Origin: Chiloscyllium plagiosum
Lineage: Eukaryota
Direction: 5' to 3'
Assembly (NCBI RefSeq): GCF_004010195.1
Contig: NC_057719.1
Coordinates: forward strand, 11,442,675-11,477,671
Length of the DNA: 34,997 nt
Positions 1-9,900 of this stretch are shown piece after piece; positions within the stretch are counted from its first letter, which is position 1; the number at the start of each line of letters is the position of its first letter. The position numbers and the translations under genes are program-made. Under the pieces are notes generated by a model, which made no database searches, was not told the DNA's origin, and saw nothing but the letters and a program-made list of their open reading frames with translations.

Positions 1-215
1 TTTCCACCTATCACATTTCCGACGTCCCTCCCCCAAGTCCCTCCTCCCCATCTTTTATCTTAGCCTGCTGGACAAACTTTCCTCATTCCTGAAGAAGGGC
101 TAATGCCCGAAACGTCGATTCTCCTGTTCCCTAGATGCTGCCTGACCTGCTGCGCTTTTCCAGCAACACATTTCCATCTCTGATCTCCAGCATCTGCAGA
201 CCTCATTTTCTCTCC
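1..215 (+). mobile_element. 3' end (pLTR) of a Penelope-like element
   Basis: Homologous to the reverse complement of ~21030-21200, the tail of the GIY-YIG element. Confidence 0.8.
85..120 (+). ncRNA. Minimal hammerhead ribozyme motif (Penelope type)
   Basis: ATTC-CTGAAGA-A-GGGC TAAT GCCC-GAAA-C-GTC-GATT: both core boxes, stem II, palindromic ACGT stem III and a GUC triplet. Confidence 0.75.
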
Positions 216-424
216 CTCATTATGGGCATTTAAGCGGGCATTGGATAGGCATATGGAGGATAGTGGGCTAATGTAGGTTAGGTGGGCTTGGATCAGCACA
301 ACATCGAGGGCCGAAGGGCCTGTACTGCGCTGTATTCTTCTATGTTCTATGAATGCAAAGCAAACTTCAACTTGTATTCATTTGAGCAGACCAAAAATTC
401 TAATCCAGCCAAGCAAATACTCAC

Positions 425-483
425 AAATGGAAGAAGACATTTCTTGACTTGTCCAAACTGCCCAAAATATTCTTTGATTTCTT
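425..483 (-). CDS. SLIRP: SLIRP coding exon 2 (59 nt)
   Basis: Acceptor ttctcttcatttttgcAG, then (K)EIKEYFGQFGQVKKCLLPF, then a GTGAGT donor (424-419). Phase fits exon 1. Matches recalled human [20 protein letters not shown]. No further SLIRP exon seen in 1-424, so the rest presumably lies left of the window. Confidence 0.93.
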
Positions 484-607
484 CTGCAAAAATGAAGAGA
501 ATCACTTAATATTGTATAAATCATGTTTCAAGAAGAATACGGTAAATAAAAAGCAACAAAAACAGAAATTGTCAGAGAAGTTCAGCAGGACTGGCAGCAT
601 CTGTGGA

Positions 608-643
608 GTTAACGTTTCAGTCCCAATGACCCTTCTTCAGAAC
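608..643 (-). ncRNA. Minimal hammerhead ribozyme motif in a Penelope-derived short repeat (~550-645)
   Basis: Minus: GTT-CTGAAGA-AGGGTCATTGGGACT-GAAA-C-GTT-AAC. Stem I is GTT/AAC. Confidence 0.6.
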
Positions 644-1357
644 AGTAAGTGGAAGGAGTGGACAGCATGATCCTAAGGACTGCCATTCAGTATGATCATG
701 GCTGGTCTTCTGCTTTAATGCCATTTTGCTAGTGCATTTTATATCAACTAATATTCAAAGTATAAAAATCAAAGTATTTGATCTTTGAGGGTATTCAACT
801 TTAGGGCATTCAAAACCGTCAGGTAGATTTTTTTTCCCTTTATCTTAGCATAAGAGATGAATCACTTAAGACTAATGTTAAATCCCCATTTTCTAGATTC
901 CTTAGCCAGTGTCTATCATGTTCCTTCAAAATACTCAATGTTTCAATGCCGTACCCTATCTTCTAAAGTCCAGACAGCACGTACACAATTTACTCAGCCT
1001 CTCAGAGGTTGTTGAACCTAGTGAACCTTTGCCAGACTGCCTCAAAGCCATGTATCAGTCCATCCTTTAAAACTGCAGACCAAAATTTCACACAGTACCA
1101 GGTATGGCTTTACCAAAGCTTTGTAAAAATATAGCAAGACTTCTTTGTCTTGTATTCCAATCCCTTTGCAGTGGACACCAATATTTGACTCGGCAAATGC
1201 TCACTGTAGCTATATGTAATATTATGTTCTTGAGTTTAGTCAGAACCCCATGAACATCAACATTTTCAAATACTGAGTTCTGAGGAAGAGTCACTCAATC
1301 CAAAATGTTAAAACCGATTCCTCTGCATTGCAAGCTGTCAGACCTGCTGAGCTTTTT

Positions 1358-3440
1358 AAGAGTCAGAGAGATGTACAACACAGAAACAGACCCTTCAGTC
1401 CAACTCATCCATACCAACCAGATATCCCAACCTAATCCAGTCCCACTTGCCAGCAACCAGCCCATATCCCTCCAGATGCCTTTTAAATGGTGCAATTGTA
1501 CTAGCCTCCACCACTTCCTCTGGCAACTCATTCCATACACATACCAACCTCTGCGTGAAAAAGTTGTCCCTTCGATCTTTCTCATATCCTTCCCCTCTCA
1601 CCCTCTAGAGCTTGACTCCCCCACCCCAGGGAAAAGACTTTGTCTGTTTATCCTACCCATGCCTCTCATGATTTTATAAACCTCATAAGGTCACCGCTCA
1701 GCCTCCGATGCTTCAGGGAAAACAGCCCTAGCCTATTCAACCTCTCCCTATGGGTCAAATCCTTCAACCCTGCCTACATCCTTGTAAGTCCTTTCTAAAT
1801 CCTTTCAAGTTTCACAACATCCTTCTGATAGGAAGGAGACAAGTGCACTCAATATTCCAAACATGGCCTAACCAATATCCTGTACAGCCACAACATGACT
1901 TCTCAACTCCTATACGCAGCACCTCGTATTTATCTGAATTAAACTCCATCTGCCACTCCTCAGCCCACTGGCCTATCTGATCAAGATCCCACTGTAATCT
2001 AAGGTAACCTTCTTCGCTGTCCACTACACCTCCAATTTTGATGTCATCTGCAAACTTACTAACTATGCCTCTTATGCTCACATCCAAATCAATAATAGAA
2101 AATGATGAGAAGTAGTGGACGCATCACTGATCCTTGTGGCACTCCACTGGTCACAGGCTTCCAGTCTGAAAACCAACCCTCCACCACCACCCTCTGTCTT
2201 CTACATGTGAGCCAGTTCTGTATCCATATGTCTAGTTCTTCCTGTATTCCATGAGATCTAACCTTGCCAACCAGTTTCCCATTGGGAACCTTGTCAAACG
2301 CCTTGATGAAGTCCATACAGATCACGTCTATCACTCTGCCCTCATCAATCCTCTTTGTTACTTCTTCAAAAAATTCAATCAAGTTTGTGAGACATGATTT
2401 CCCACGCAGAAAGCCATGTTGACTATCCCTAATCAATCCTTGCCTTTCCAAATACATGTACATCCTGTCCCTCAGGATTCCCTCCAACAACTTGCCCACC
2501 ACCGTTGTAAGGTTCACCAGTCGATAGTTCCCGGACTCGTCGTTACCACCTTTCTTAAATAGTGACACCATGTTTGCCAACCTCCAGTCTTCCAGCATCT
2601 CACCTGTGACTATCGATGATGCAAATATCTCAGCAAGAGGCCCAGCAGTCACTTCCCTATCTTCCCACAGAGTTCTAGGACACACCTGATCAGGTCCTGC
2701 GGATGTATCCACTTTTGTGCGTTTCAAGACATCCAGCACTTCCTCCTCTGTAATATAGACATTTTTCAAGATGTCACCATCTACATTTTTCAAGATGTCA
2801 CCATCTATCCCCCTACATTCTATATTCTTCCATGTCCTCCTCCACAGTAAACACTGACGCAAAATACTCGTTTAGTATCTCCCCTATCTCCTGTGACTCC
2901 CCACAAAGGCCACCTTGCTGATCTTCTCTCCCTAGTTACCCTTTTGTCCTTAATAGATTTATAAAATCCCTTTTGATTATCCTTAACCTTATTTGCCAAA
3001 GCTATCTTGTGTCCCCTTTTTGCCCTCCTGATTTCCCTCTTAAGTATACTCCTACTGCCTTTATACTCTAAGGATTCACTCTATCTATCCTGTCTATACC
3101 TGACATATGGTTCCTTCTTTTTCTTAACCAAACCCTCAATTTCTCTAGTCATCCAGCATTCCCTACACCTACCAGCCTTTCTTTTCACCCTAATAGGAAT
3201 ATACTGGACTCTCGTTATCTCATTTCTGAAGGCTTCCCATTTTCCAGCCATCCCTTTACTGCGAACATCTGCCCGCAATCAGCTTTTAAAAGTCTAATAC
3301 CGTCAAAATTAGCTTCCCTTCAATTTATAATTTCAACTTTTAGATCTGTTCTATCCTTTTCCATCACTTTTAAAACTAATAGAATTATGGCTGCTGGCCA
3401 CAAAATGCCCCCCCCACTGACACCTCAGTCACCTGCTGCA
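1358..3440 (-). mobile_element. CR1 (HER1-like) LINE, 5'-truncated and internally deleted
   Basis: ORF 2089-2862 has NYRLVNLT, QHGFLRGKSCLTNLIEFF, DFIKAFDKVP and SGVPQGSV. KFADD at 1812-2087. CR1-type 3' UTR near 1360. Confidence 0.93.
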
Positions 3441-3519
3441 ATTTGTTTTTGTTTAACAGTTTCAACCTTCTTGCTCTGCAATAAAAAGCATCTCAAGCCT
3501 GATGATAACTAGTTATAAA

Positions 3520-5070
3520 GTCACAGATTCATTCAGCATTGAAATAAACCCTTCAATCCAACTCGTCCATGTTAACCAAGTTTCCTAAACTATCAGTAGT
3601 CCCACTTGCCTGCATGTAGCCCATAACCCTCAAAACCTTTCCTAAGCATGTGTTACGACACAGGGTAAACTCTCCTGCTTTAAACCAGCAACACAGAAGA
3701 GATTTATCTCATGTGGTAATCTGTGAAAATTTGAGAGGACAAGCACAGAATAGTTAACTAACAACTATTTACAACTCCATCCTCTAACCTAATGTTTACC
3801 TTCCCCTTCCACAGTACAAGTCCAATAAAACTCCCAATTAAGATTTACAAAACAAAACTTATCGCAAAACTAGGCAGCTTTCAGTTCTATTTGGATCTCC
3901 CAGAGTCTTCTTTTTAGGGATCCTGCTTCAAGGTTACTGATCGATTAAGGTACTTTTGAGAGCTATTTTTTAGGCAGTCTTTTTACATGCTTGTAGCTGG
4001 GCAGTTCTCCTCTCAATTGTTCAATTTTCCCTAGTCTTATACCCACCCCCACAAAGCTTCAGATTGTGTCATTGGCTTTTAAGATTGTCAATATACTAAA
4101 TTCAAACTGGATTGGAGTTTGATATTTTTCGGGGTATAATTTAAACTGATTGGCCAAATTTGAACATGGTGTGTCATTTCCAGGCAACCAGCTAATTTAG
4201 CTTCTGACCAAGTGTTACATTGTTACCTTATTGAGAACACTTGATGCTATCAGGTAGCTCTACCAGCTTTTAACTCTCAAAAGGTACAGTACACCCACAT
4301 CTTCATAACACATGTACCTGTCCAAATGTCATTTGAATATTATTAAAAATGTATACCTGTATCTGCCACCATTTCTGGCAATTCATTCAACATACAAACC
4401 ACCCTGTGTGAAAAGTTTACCCCTCAGGTCTCTTAAATATTTCTTGTCTCACTTTAAAACTATGCCCCTAGGTTTGAACTTCCCCACCCTAGGGAAAACA
4501 TCTTTGCTATTCACCTCATCTCTCCCCTTCATGATTTTATAAACGCCAAGAAGGTCAACCCAACCTCCTACACTCCAGTGAAAAAAGTCCCAGCCTATCC
4601 TTAACATAAATCCTCCAGTCCCAGATACATCCTCTTCTGAACCCTCTGCAATTTAATAATATCGTTCTAATAGCAGGGCAACCAGAACTGTACACAGTAC
4701 TGCAAACTGTGGCCTCACCTACATCCTGTACAACCTCAACATGACATCCCAAATGCTGTATTCAACACTCAGAAATAAGTCAAGCAGGCTAAATATCTTC
4801 TTAATGCGCCCTATCGACCTGTTGCACAGCTTTCAAAGAACTACCCCTGGGACTCCATTCAACAACACTACCTAAGGTCCTACCATTTACTGTACAAGTC
4901 TTGCCCTTGTTTGTCTTACCAAAATGCAGTACCTAATTTTTCCAAATTAAAATCTATTGGCACTTCTCAGCCTGTTGGCCCAATCAAGATCCCTTTGTAA
5001 TCTTTGATGACCTTGTTCACTGTCCACTATAGCATCAATTTTGGTGTCATCTGCAAACTTTCTAACTTAT
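3520..5070 (-). mobile_element. Decayed CR1 3' portion, split by the solo LTR
   Basis: Colinear with 1360-2060. LFSLECRRL and gtcatctgcaaact (KFADD) seen. Confidence 0.8.
3651..4310. mobile_element. Solo LTR (660 bp) inserted in a CR1 3' end
   Basis: TGTTACGA...TCATAACA termini and a perfect 4-bp TSD CATG (3647-3650, 4311-4314). CR1 3' sequence resumes on both sides. Confidence 0.85.
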
Positions 5071-6480
5071 CATCCAAATCCCAGAGTATTTACAGCCAAA
5101 GTTGCTTTTGAAAAGTAAATTCATTTGCAATGTAGGAAACCTGAAACCAATGTGTCTAAGCAAGCTTCTATTCTAGTAAGGTAATGTTAAAATATTACAT
5201 TGTACTATCTCTCTGGACAATAATGTAATGTTAAAGGGTTAAACTGTACTGACTTGCTCCAAGAAGCTGAACATTCGGGGGGGGGAAGCAACATTTTGTC
5301 TCACAGACAGAATGCAGGAATGTGGAAGACTATCCATTGTAACTCACACTTCATTTAGGCAGCCATTCATTACTATTCTACTGCTAATATCAAATTAAAC
5401 TTATTCATTCCCTTCCATTCTGAAATGCTTTCATTGCCATTCGCCAGCCAATCAAATTCATTTGCATGATCATCCCCAGAAGCTAGGATGTATCACATCT
5501 ACATTGTCTTGGGGAATCACTGAGTCAGAAAATCAGTTGCAGAAGATTCCCCAGGATTAGGGCATTTACATTATCTGACCAAAGGGTCTGTTTCCATGCT
5601 GTACATCTCTATGACTCTATGGTCATTAATCCTATCATTGTAAGTGGGGCAACATGTCATTATGGCAGGGTGGCCAGAGTACCTGTGAGCATTACCAACT
5701 GACCTGTCTAAAGGGTACGTGTTGTTTCCTTTGTTCAGGACCTCTTGACTGAACTTTGCACACCTGCGAAGAGTGTCAAAGGTGTCACCTAGCTTGTACA
5801 AGCTTTAATAAACTGTAACTGTGCACACAAATTGCATCTTGTGTGTGAAACCTCAGGAAAAGAACCTAACAGAAATGTTGCAACAGAATAATCAGTGTTA
5901 AAATGAACTCAGACACCAGAACCATTCAGCTCAAGGATGGAATACTAATATGTAAATGAGAAATATGTAACTAATCAATGTTTCTTATTAGAACTCACAA
6001 AAGATCAGACAAGCCTTTAAACAGTTGGCACTGAGAGGATGTTCCCCGTCATGGGGAAATCGAGAACTTAATGGGCAGTTTCAAATTATGGGTTATCCCA
6101 TTTAAGACGGAAATAAAGAGGAATTTCATGTCTCAGAAGGTCACTGGCGTTTGGAACTCTTCCATAGAGAACGATAAAATTGGGTCACTGAAAATATCCA
6201 AAGCTGAGCCAGACAAATTTTCAATCAACAAGAGAGTTAAAGGTTTATTTTTGGGTGGAAACAGGGGCGGGCAAATAAATAGAATTCAGGCCACAATCAG
6301 ATCAAACACGATCTTATCGCATGGTACAGAGGCCCAAACCCTCCTGCCCTTAATTCTAATGATCCTTTGAACCAACCCAGTCTGGGAATTACCACAGTAA
6401 AATGGCGAATGGTAGATATCTGAAACAAAGACATGAGATTGCTGGAGAAGGATTTGGTAACACCTGCACAGAGAGAGAGT

Positions 6481-6516
6481 GTCAACCTTTCGATTCCAGT
6501 GACCCTTCTTCAGAAC
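6481..6516 (-). ncRNA. Degenerate minimal hammerhead motif, same repeat family (~6423-6520)
   Basis: Minus: GTT-CTGAAGA-AGGGTCACTGGAATC-GAAA-G-GTT-GAC. Stems II and III are mutated. Confidence 0.45.
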
Positions 6517-6628
6517 TGGTTGTTGGAAACCACCAAAACAACTGCTTCAAATCTACCCCCATTAAAGAACTTCCGCTCACAGTCGCGACCAATACTGGGA
6601 GAGGGTGATAGTAGTATCTGTCACTCAC

Positions 6629-6695
6629 TGCTTGCCAAAAACCAGGGAATCCGCGACACGAAAATCTCCAAACTCTTTCGCGAAGGAGCCGCCAT
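6629..6695 (-). CDS. SLIRP: SLIRP coding exon 1 (SRA stem-loop-interacting RNA-binding protein, mitochondrial RRM protein)
   Basis: Minus strand reads acaag ATG GCG GCT CCT... = MAAPSRKSLEIFVSRIPWFLAS + 1 nt, then a GTGAGT donor (6628-6623). Resembles the recalled human SLIRP N-terminus (AFVRRIPWTAAS) with a phase-1 intron. Too short for the ORF track. Confidence 0.93.
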
Positions 6696-6913
6696 CTTGT
6701 AACGGCCGCCTGGGCCCGCGCGCTGACCTTCGACCTCCCCTCGTCAGTGTTAAAAATAAGTTAAAGGATTAAAGTTTCTGAAGTCAGCTGCATATTGAAT
6801 ATAACTCAATTTCAAGATAGGGCTGGGGCCGTGAGTTTATAAAATCGAAGCGGTGAATAGATGTGGCGGATTCAGTTGTTGTTGTTGTTGTTGTCGCCAC
6901 CGGGCTGCAGCAG
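6696..6913. promoter_or_regulatory. Bidirectional promoter / 5' UTRs shared by SLIRP and ALKBH1
   Basis: 218 bp between divergent ATGs, locally CpG-rich. YY1-like (A/C)AGATGGCGG overlaps both start codons. TGACCTtCGACCT nuclear-receptor DR1-like motif at 6724-6736. TSSs are not observable. Confidence 0.75.
6875..6893 (+). repeat. (GTT)n microsatellite upstream of the ALKBH1 ATG
   Basis: gttgttgttgttgttgttg read directly. Confidence 0.9.
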
Positions 6914-7042
6914 ATGGCGGCCGCTCTCCTGGAGCAGGGTGAAGATGCCTTCAGGAGGCTCTTCAAATATTACAAGAGGCGCCAACCCCCGCCCGATTTC
7001 TCGGGGATCGTTGACTTCTCCAGAGCGCAGCAGACCTGTAAA
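6914..7042 (+). CDS. ALKBH1: ALKBH1 coding exon 1 (AlkB homolog 1, Fe/2OG nucleic-acid dioxygenase)
   Basis: cagATGG start, MAAALLEQGEDAFRRLFKYYKRRQPPPDFSGIVDFSRAQQTCK, then a GTAAGT donor at 7043 (phase 0). Matches recalled human GEDAFRKLFRFYRQ...GVIDFS. Confidence 0.95.
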
Positions 7043-7268
7043 GTAAGTGCTGGAACTCGACAAAAAATCTTTAGTGTTGACGGTCCACTCTCTTTTCACC
7101 CTATCCCGAAAAGAATGCACGCAAAGTATTTTGTTGGCTTGTAAATATAAAATCCAGATAGTCATGGAAAAGGTTGTTTTAGACTCTTCATGGGTAAATA
7201 CTGAACGCATTTGCGTGATTTCTTTTTTGAGGTGATCTTGTTAAAGCATAGAATACTCTTAAGGGGCT

Positions 7269-7596
7269 TAGAGTCACAGAGATGTACAGCACGGAAACAG
7301 ACCCATCTGTCCAACTCGTCCATGCCGACCAGATATCCCAACTCAATCTAGTCCCACCTGCCAGCACCCGGCCCATATCCCTCCAAATCCTCCCTATTCA
7401 TATACTCATCCAGATGCCTTTTAAATGTTGCAATCGTACCAGCCTCCACCGCTTCCTCTGGCAGCTCATTCCATATGTGTGCCACCCTCAATGTGAAAAA
7501 GTTGCCCTTTAGGTCTCTTTTACATCATTCCCCTCTAACCCTAACATGTATGGGCTCTAGTCCTGGACTCCCCCACCCTAGGAAAACACCTTGTCT
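7269..7596 (-). mobile_element. CR1 3' end fragment
   Basis: Closely similar to 1360-1650. Confidence 0.85.
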
Positions 7597-8455
7597 TCAA
7601 AGTTTGTGAGAAGATTTGTAGCTCGGGTGCTCGTTGCTGTGGTTCTGTTCGTCGAGCTGTAAGTTTTTGTTGCAAACGTTTCGTCCCCTGTCTAGGTGAC
7701 ATCCTCAGTGCTTGGGAGCCTCCTGTGAAGCGCTTCTATGGTGTTTCCTCCGGCATTTATAGTGGCCTGTCCCTGCCGCTTCCGATTGTCAGTTTCACCT
7801 GTCCGCTGTAGTGGCCGGTATATTGGGCCCAGGTCGATGTGTTTGTTGATGGACTTTGTGGATGAGTGCCATGCTTCTAGGAACTCCATCAACAAACACA
7901 TAGACCTGGACCCAATATACCAGCCACTACAGCGGACAGCTGAAACTGACAAACGGAAGCGGCAGGGACAGGCCACTATAAACACCGGAGGAAACACCAC
8001 AGAAGCGCTACACAGGAGGCTCCCAAGCACTGAGGATGTCACCTAAACAGGGGANNNNNNNNNNNNNNNNNNNNNNNNNNNNNNNNNNNNNNNNNNNNGC
8101 GGATACCTTGTATAGGTGTTCCTCTTCCTCTTTTTGCAGTTCTGGTTTGCTGCAGTGTGTTGTGGCCCTTTTGAACAGTGTCTTGATGCAACTTCGTTTG
8201 TGTGTATTGCGGTGGTTGCTTTCATAGTTCAGGACTTGGTCTGTGTGTGTGGCTTTCCTGTGTACCTTAGTGGTGAATTCTCCGTTTGGTGTTCTCTGTA
8301 CCCTCACGTCTAGGAATGGGAGTTGGTTGTCCTTTTCTTCCTCTCTCGTGAATCGGATTCCTGTGAGTGTGGAGTTGATGATCCGGTGTGTATTCTCTAT
8401 TTCCGTGTTTTTAATGATTACAAAGGTGTCATCAACGTATCTGACCCAGGGATAC
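7597..8455 (-). mobile_element. Penelope-like element with inverted pLTR and RT fragment
   Basis: Inverted arms ~7684-7852 and ~7885-8054. Minus ORF has WVRYVDDTFVII, LPFLDV and HRKATHTDQVLNYESNH. N gap at 8055-8098. Confidence 0.88.
7672..7711 (-). ncRNA. Hammerhead ribozyme motif in the Penelope pLTR
   Basis: Minus: GCA-CTGAGGA-T-GTCACCT AGAC AGGGGAC-GAAA-C-GTT-TGC. A second copy starts at ~8027 on plus and is cut by the gap. Confidence 0.7.
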
Positions 8456-9240
8456 GTTAACTTCACTTTTGGTCTTATCATCTCGCTGATGGTCTTTTCA
8501 TTGCATTACGTACTGTCTGGTCATATTTACTCCTTTCAAACTTATTCCACAGTTTAGAGGAGTCTAAAACCAGAGGGCATAAGTTTAAGATGAGAGAGGA
8601 AAGATTTAAAAGGGATGTAGTGGGTAACTTTTTTTTCATGCAGAGGGTGGTGCATGTATGGAATGAGCTGTCAGATGAAGTGACGGTGGCAGTACAATTA
8701 CAACGTTTAAAATGCACCTGAAAGAGTACATGAATAGGAAAGGTTGAGAGGGATATGGGTTAAATGCTGGCAAATGGGACTAGATTAATTTAGGATATCT
8801 GTTTGGAAAGGACAAGTTGGACTGAAGGGTATGTTTCCTTGCTGTACATCTCTAAATGTTCTTCTAAATTTCATCAAGTACATACCAGAGTTTTTAACCA
8901 CTCCTCGTATAACAAGCATTAGGAGGTATAGTTAATAAGTTTGCAGATGACATCAAAATTGGAGGTATAGTGGACAGCAAAGAAAGTACAATGGGATCCT
9001 GTCAGATGGGTCAGTGGGCTGAGGGGTGACAGGTGGAGTTTAATTTAGATAAATGCATTTTGGAAAGACAAATCAGAGCAGGATGTATACACTTAATGGT
9101 AAGGTCCTGGGGAGTGTTGCTGACTTTCAAATGCAGGTTCATAGTTCCTTGAAAGTAGAGTCACAGGTGGATAGGATCGTGAAGAAGGTGTTTGGTAAGC
9201 TTTCCTTTATTGGTCAGAGCATTGAGTATAGGAGTTGGGA

Positions 9241-9421
9241 GTGGTGCTGGAAAAGCACAGCAGGTCAGGCATCATCCGAGGAGCAGGAAAATCGATGTTT
9301 CGGGCAAAAGCCCTTCATCAGGAGTTTCCTGCTCCTCGGATGCTGCCTGACCTGCTGTGCTTTTGCAGCACCACTGTAATCTAGACTCTGGTTTTCAGCA
9401 TCTGTAGTCCTTGTTTTTACC
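9241..9421. mobile_element. 181-bp fold-back Penelope-derived mini-element with hammerhead motif
   Basis: ~50-bp inverted arms (9240-9290 / 9325-9375) around minus-strand CTGATGA-A-GGGC TTTT GCCC-GAAA-CATC. 14-bp direct repeat TATAGGAGTTGGGA at 9227-9240 and 9422-9435, inside a CR1. Confidence 0.82.
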
Positions 9422-9559
9422 TATAGGAGTTGGGATGTCATGTTGTGGCTGTAAGAACATTGGTTAGGCCACTTTTGGAATATTGCATGCAGTTCTGGTC
9501 TCCTTCCTGTCAGAAGGGTGTTGTGAAACTTGAAAGGGTTCAGAAAAGGTTTACAAGGA

Positions 9560-9900
9560 TTAGATTAGATTAGATTAGATTCCCTATAATATGGAAACAG
9601 GCCATTCAGCCCAACAAGTCCACTCTGACCTTCCAAAGAGCAACCACCCAGATCCGTTCTCCTACGTTTACCCCTGACTAATATACCTAACACTAGGGCC
9701 AATTTAGCATAGCCAGTTCACCTGACCTTTGGATTGCACATCTTTGGATTGAGGGAGGAAACTGGAGCACCCGGAGGAAACCCTTGCAGACACGGGGCAA
9801 ATGTGCAAACTCCACACAGACCGTCACCTGAGGCTGGAATCAAACCAGATCCCTGATGCTGTGAGGCAACAGTTCTAACCACTGAGCCACCGTGCCACCC
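9560..9900 (-). mobile_element. tRNA-derived SINE (HE1-like) with (TCTAA)n tail
   Basis: Minus GGCACGGTGGCTCAGTGG A-box, B-box-like GGTTTGATTCC, and a gtttgcac core. Confidence 0.85.

Noticed and set aside
5639..5871. Possible short solo LTR (TGTAAG...AATAAA...CTAACA)
   Set aside because: LTR-like ends and a poly(A) signal, but no matching TSD (tcat vs gaaa) and no second copy in the window.
6863..7144. 93-aa ORF as the full ALKBH1 first exon
   Set aside because: It starts at GTG in the probable UTR and runs past the GTAAGT donor at 7043. Homology covers only 6914-7042.
7692..8046. Pair of similar ORFs on opposite strands as a gene pair
   Set aside because: A by-product of the inverted Penelope repeat.
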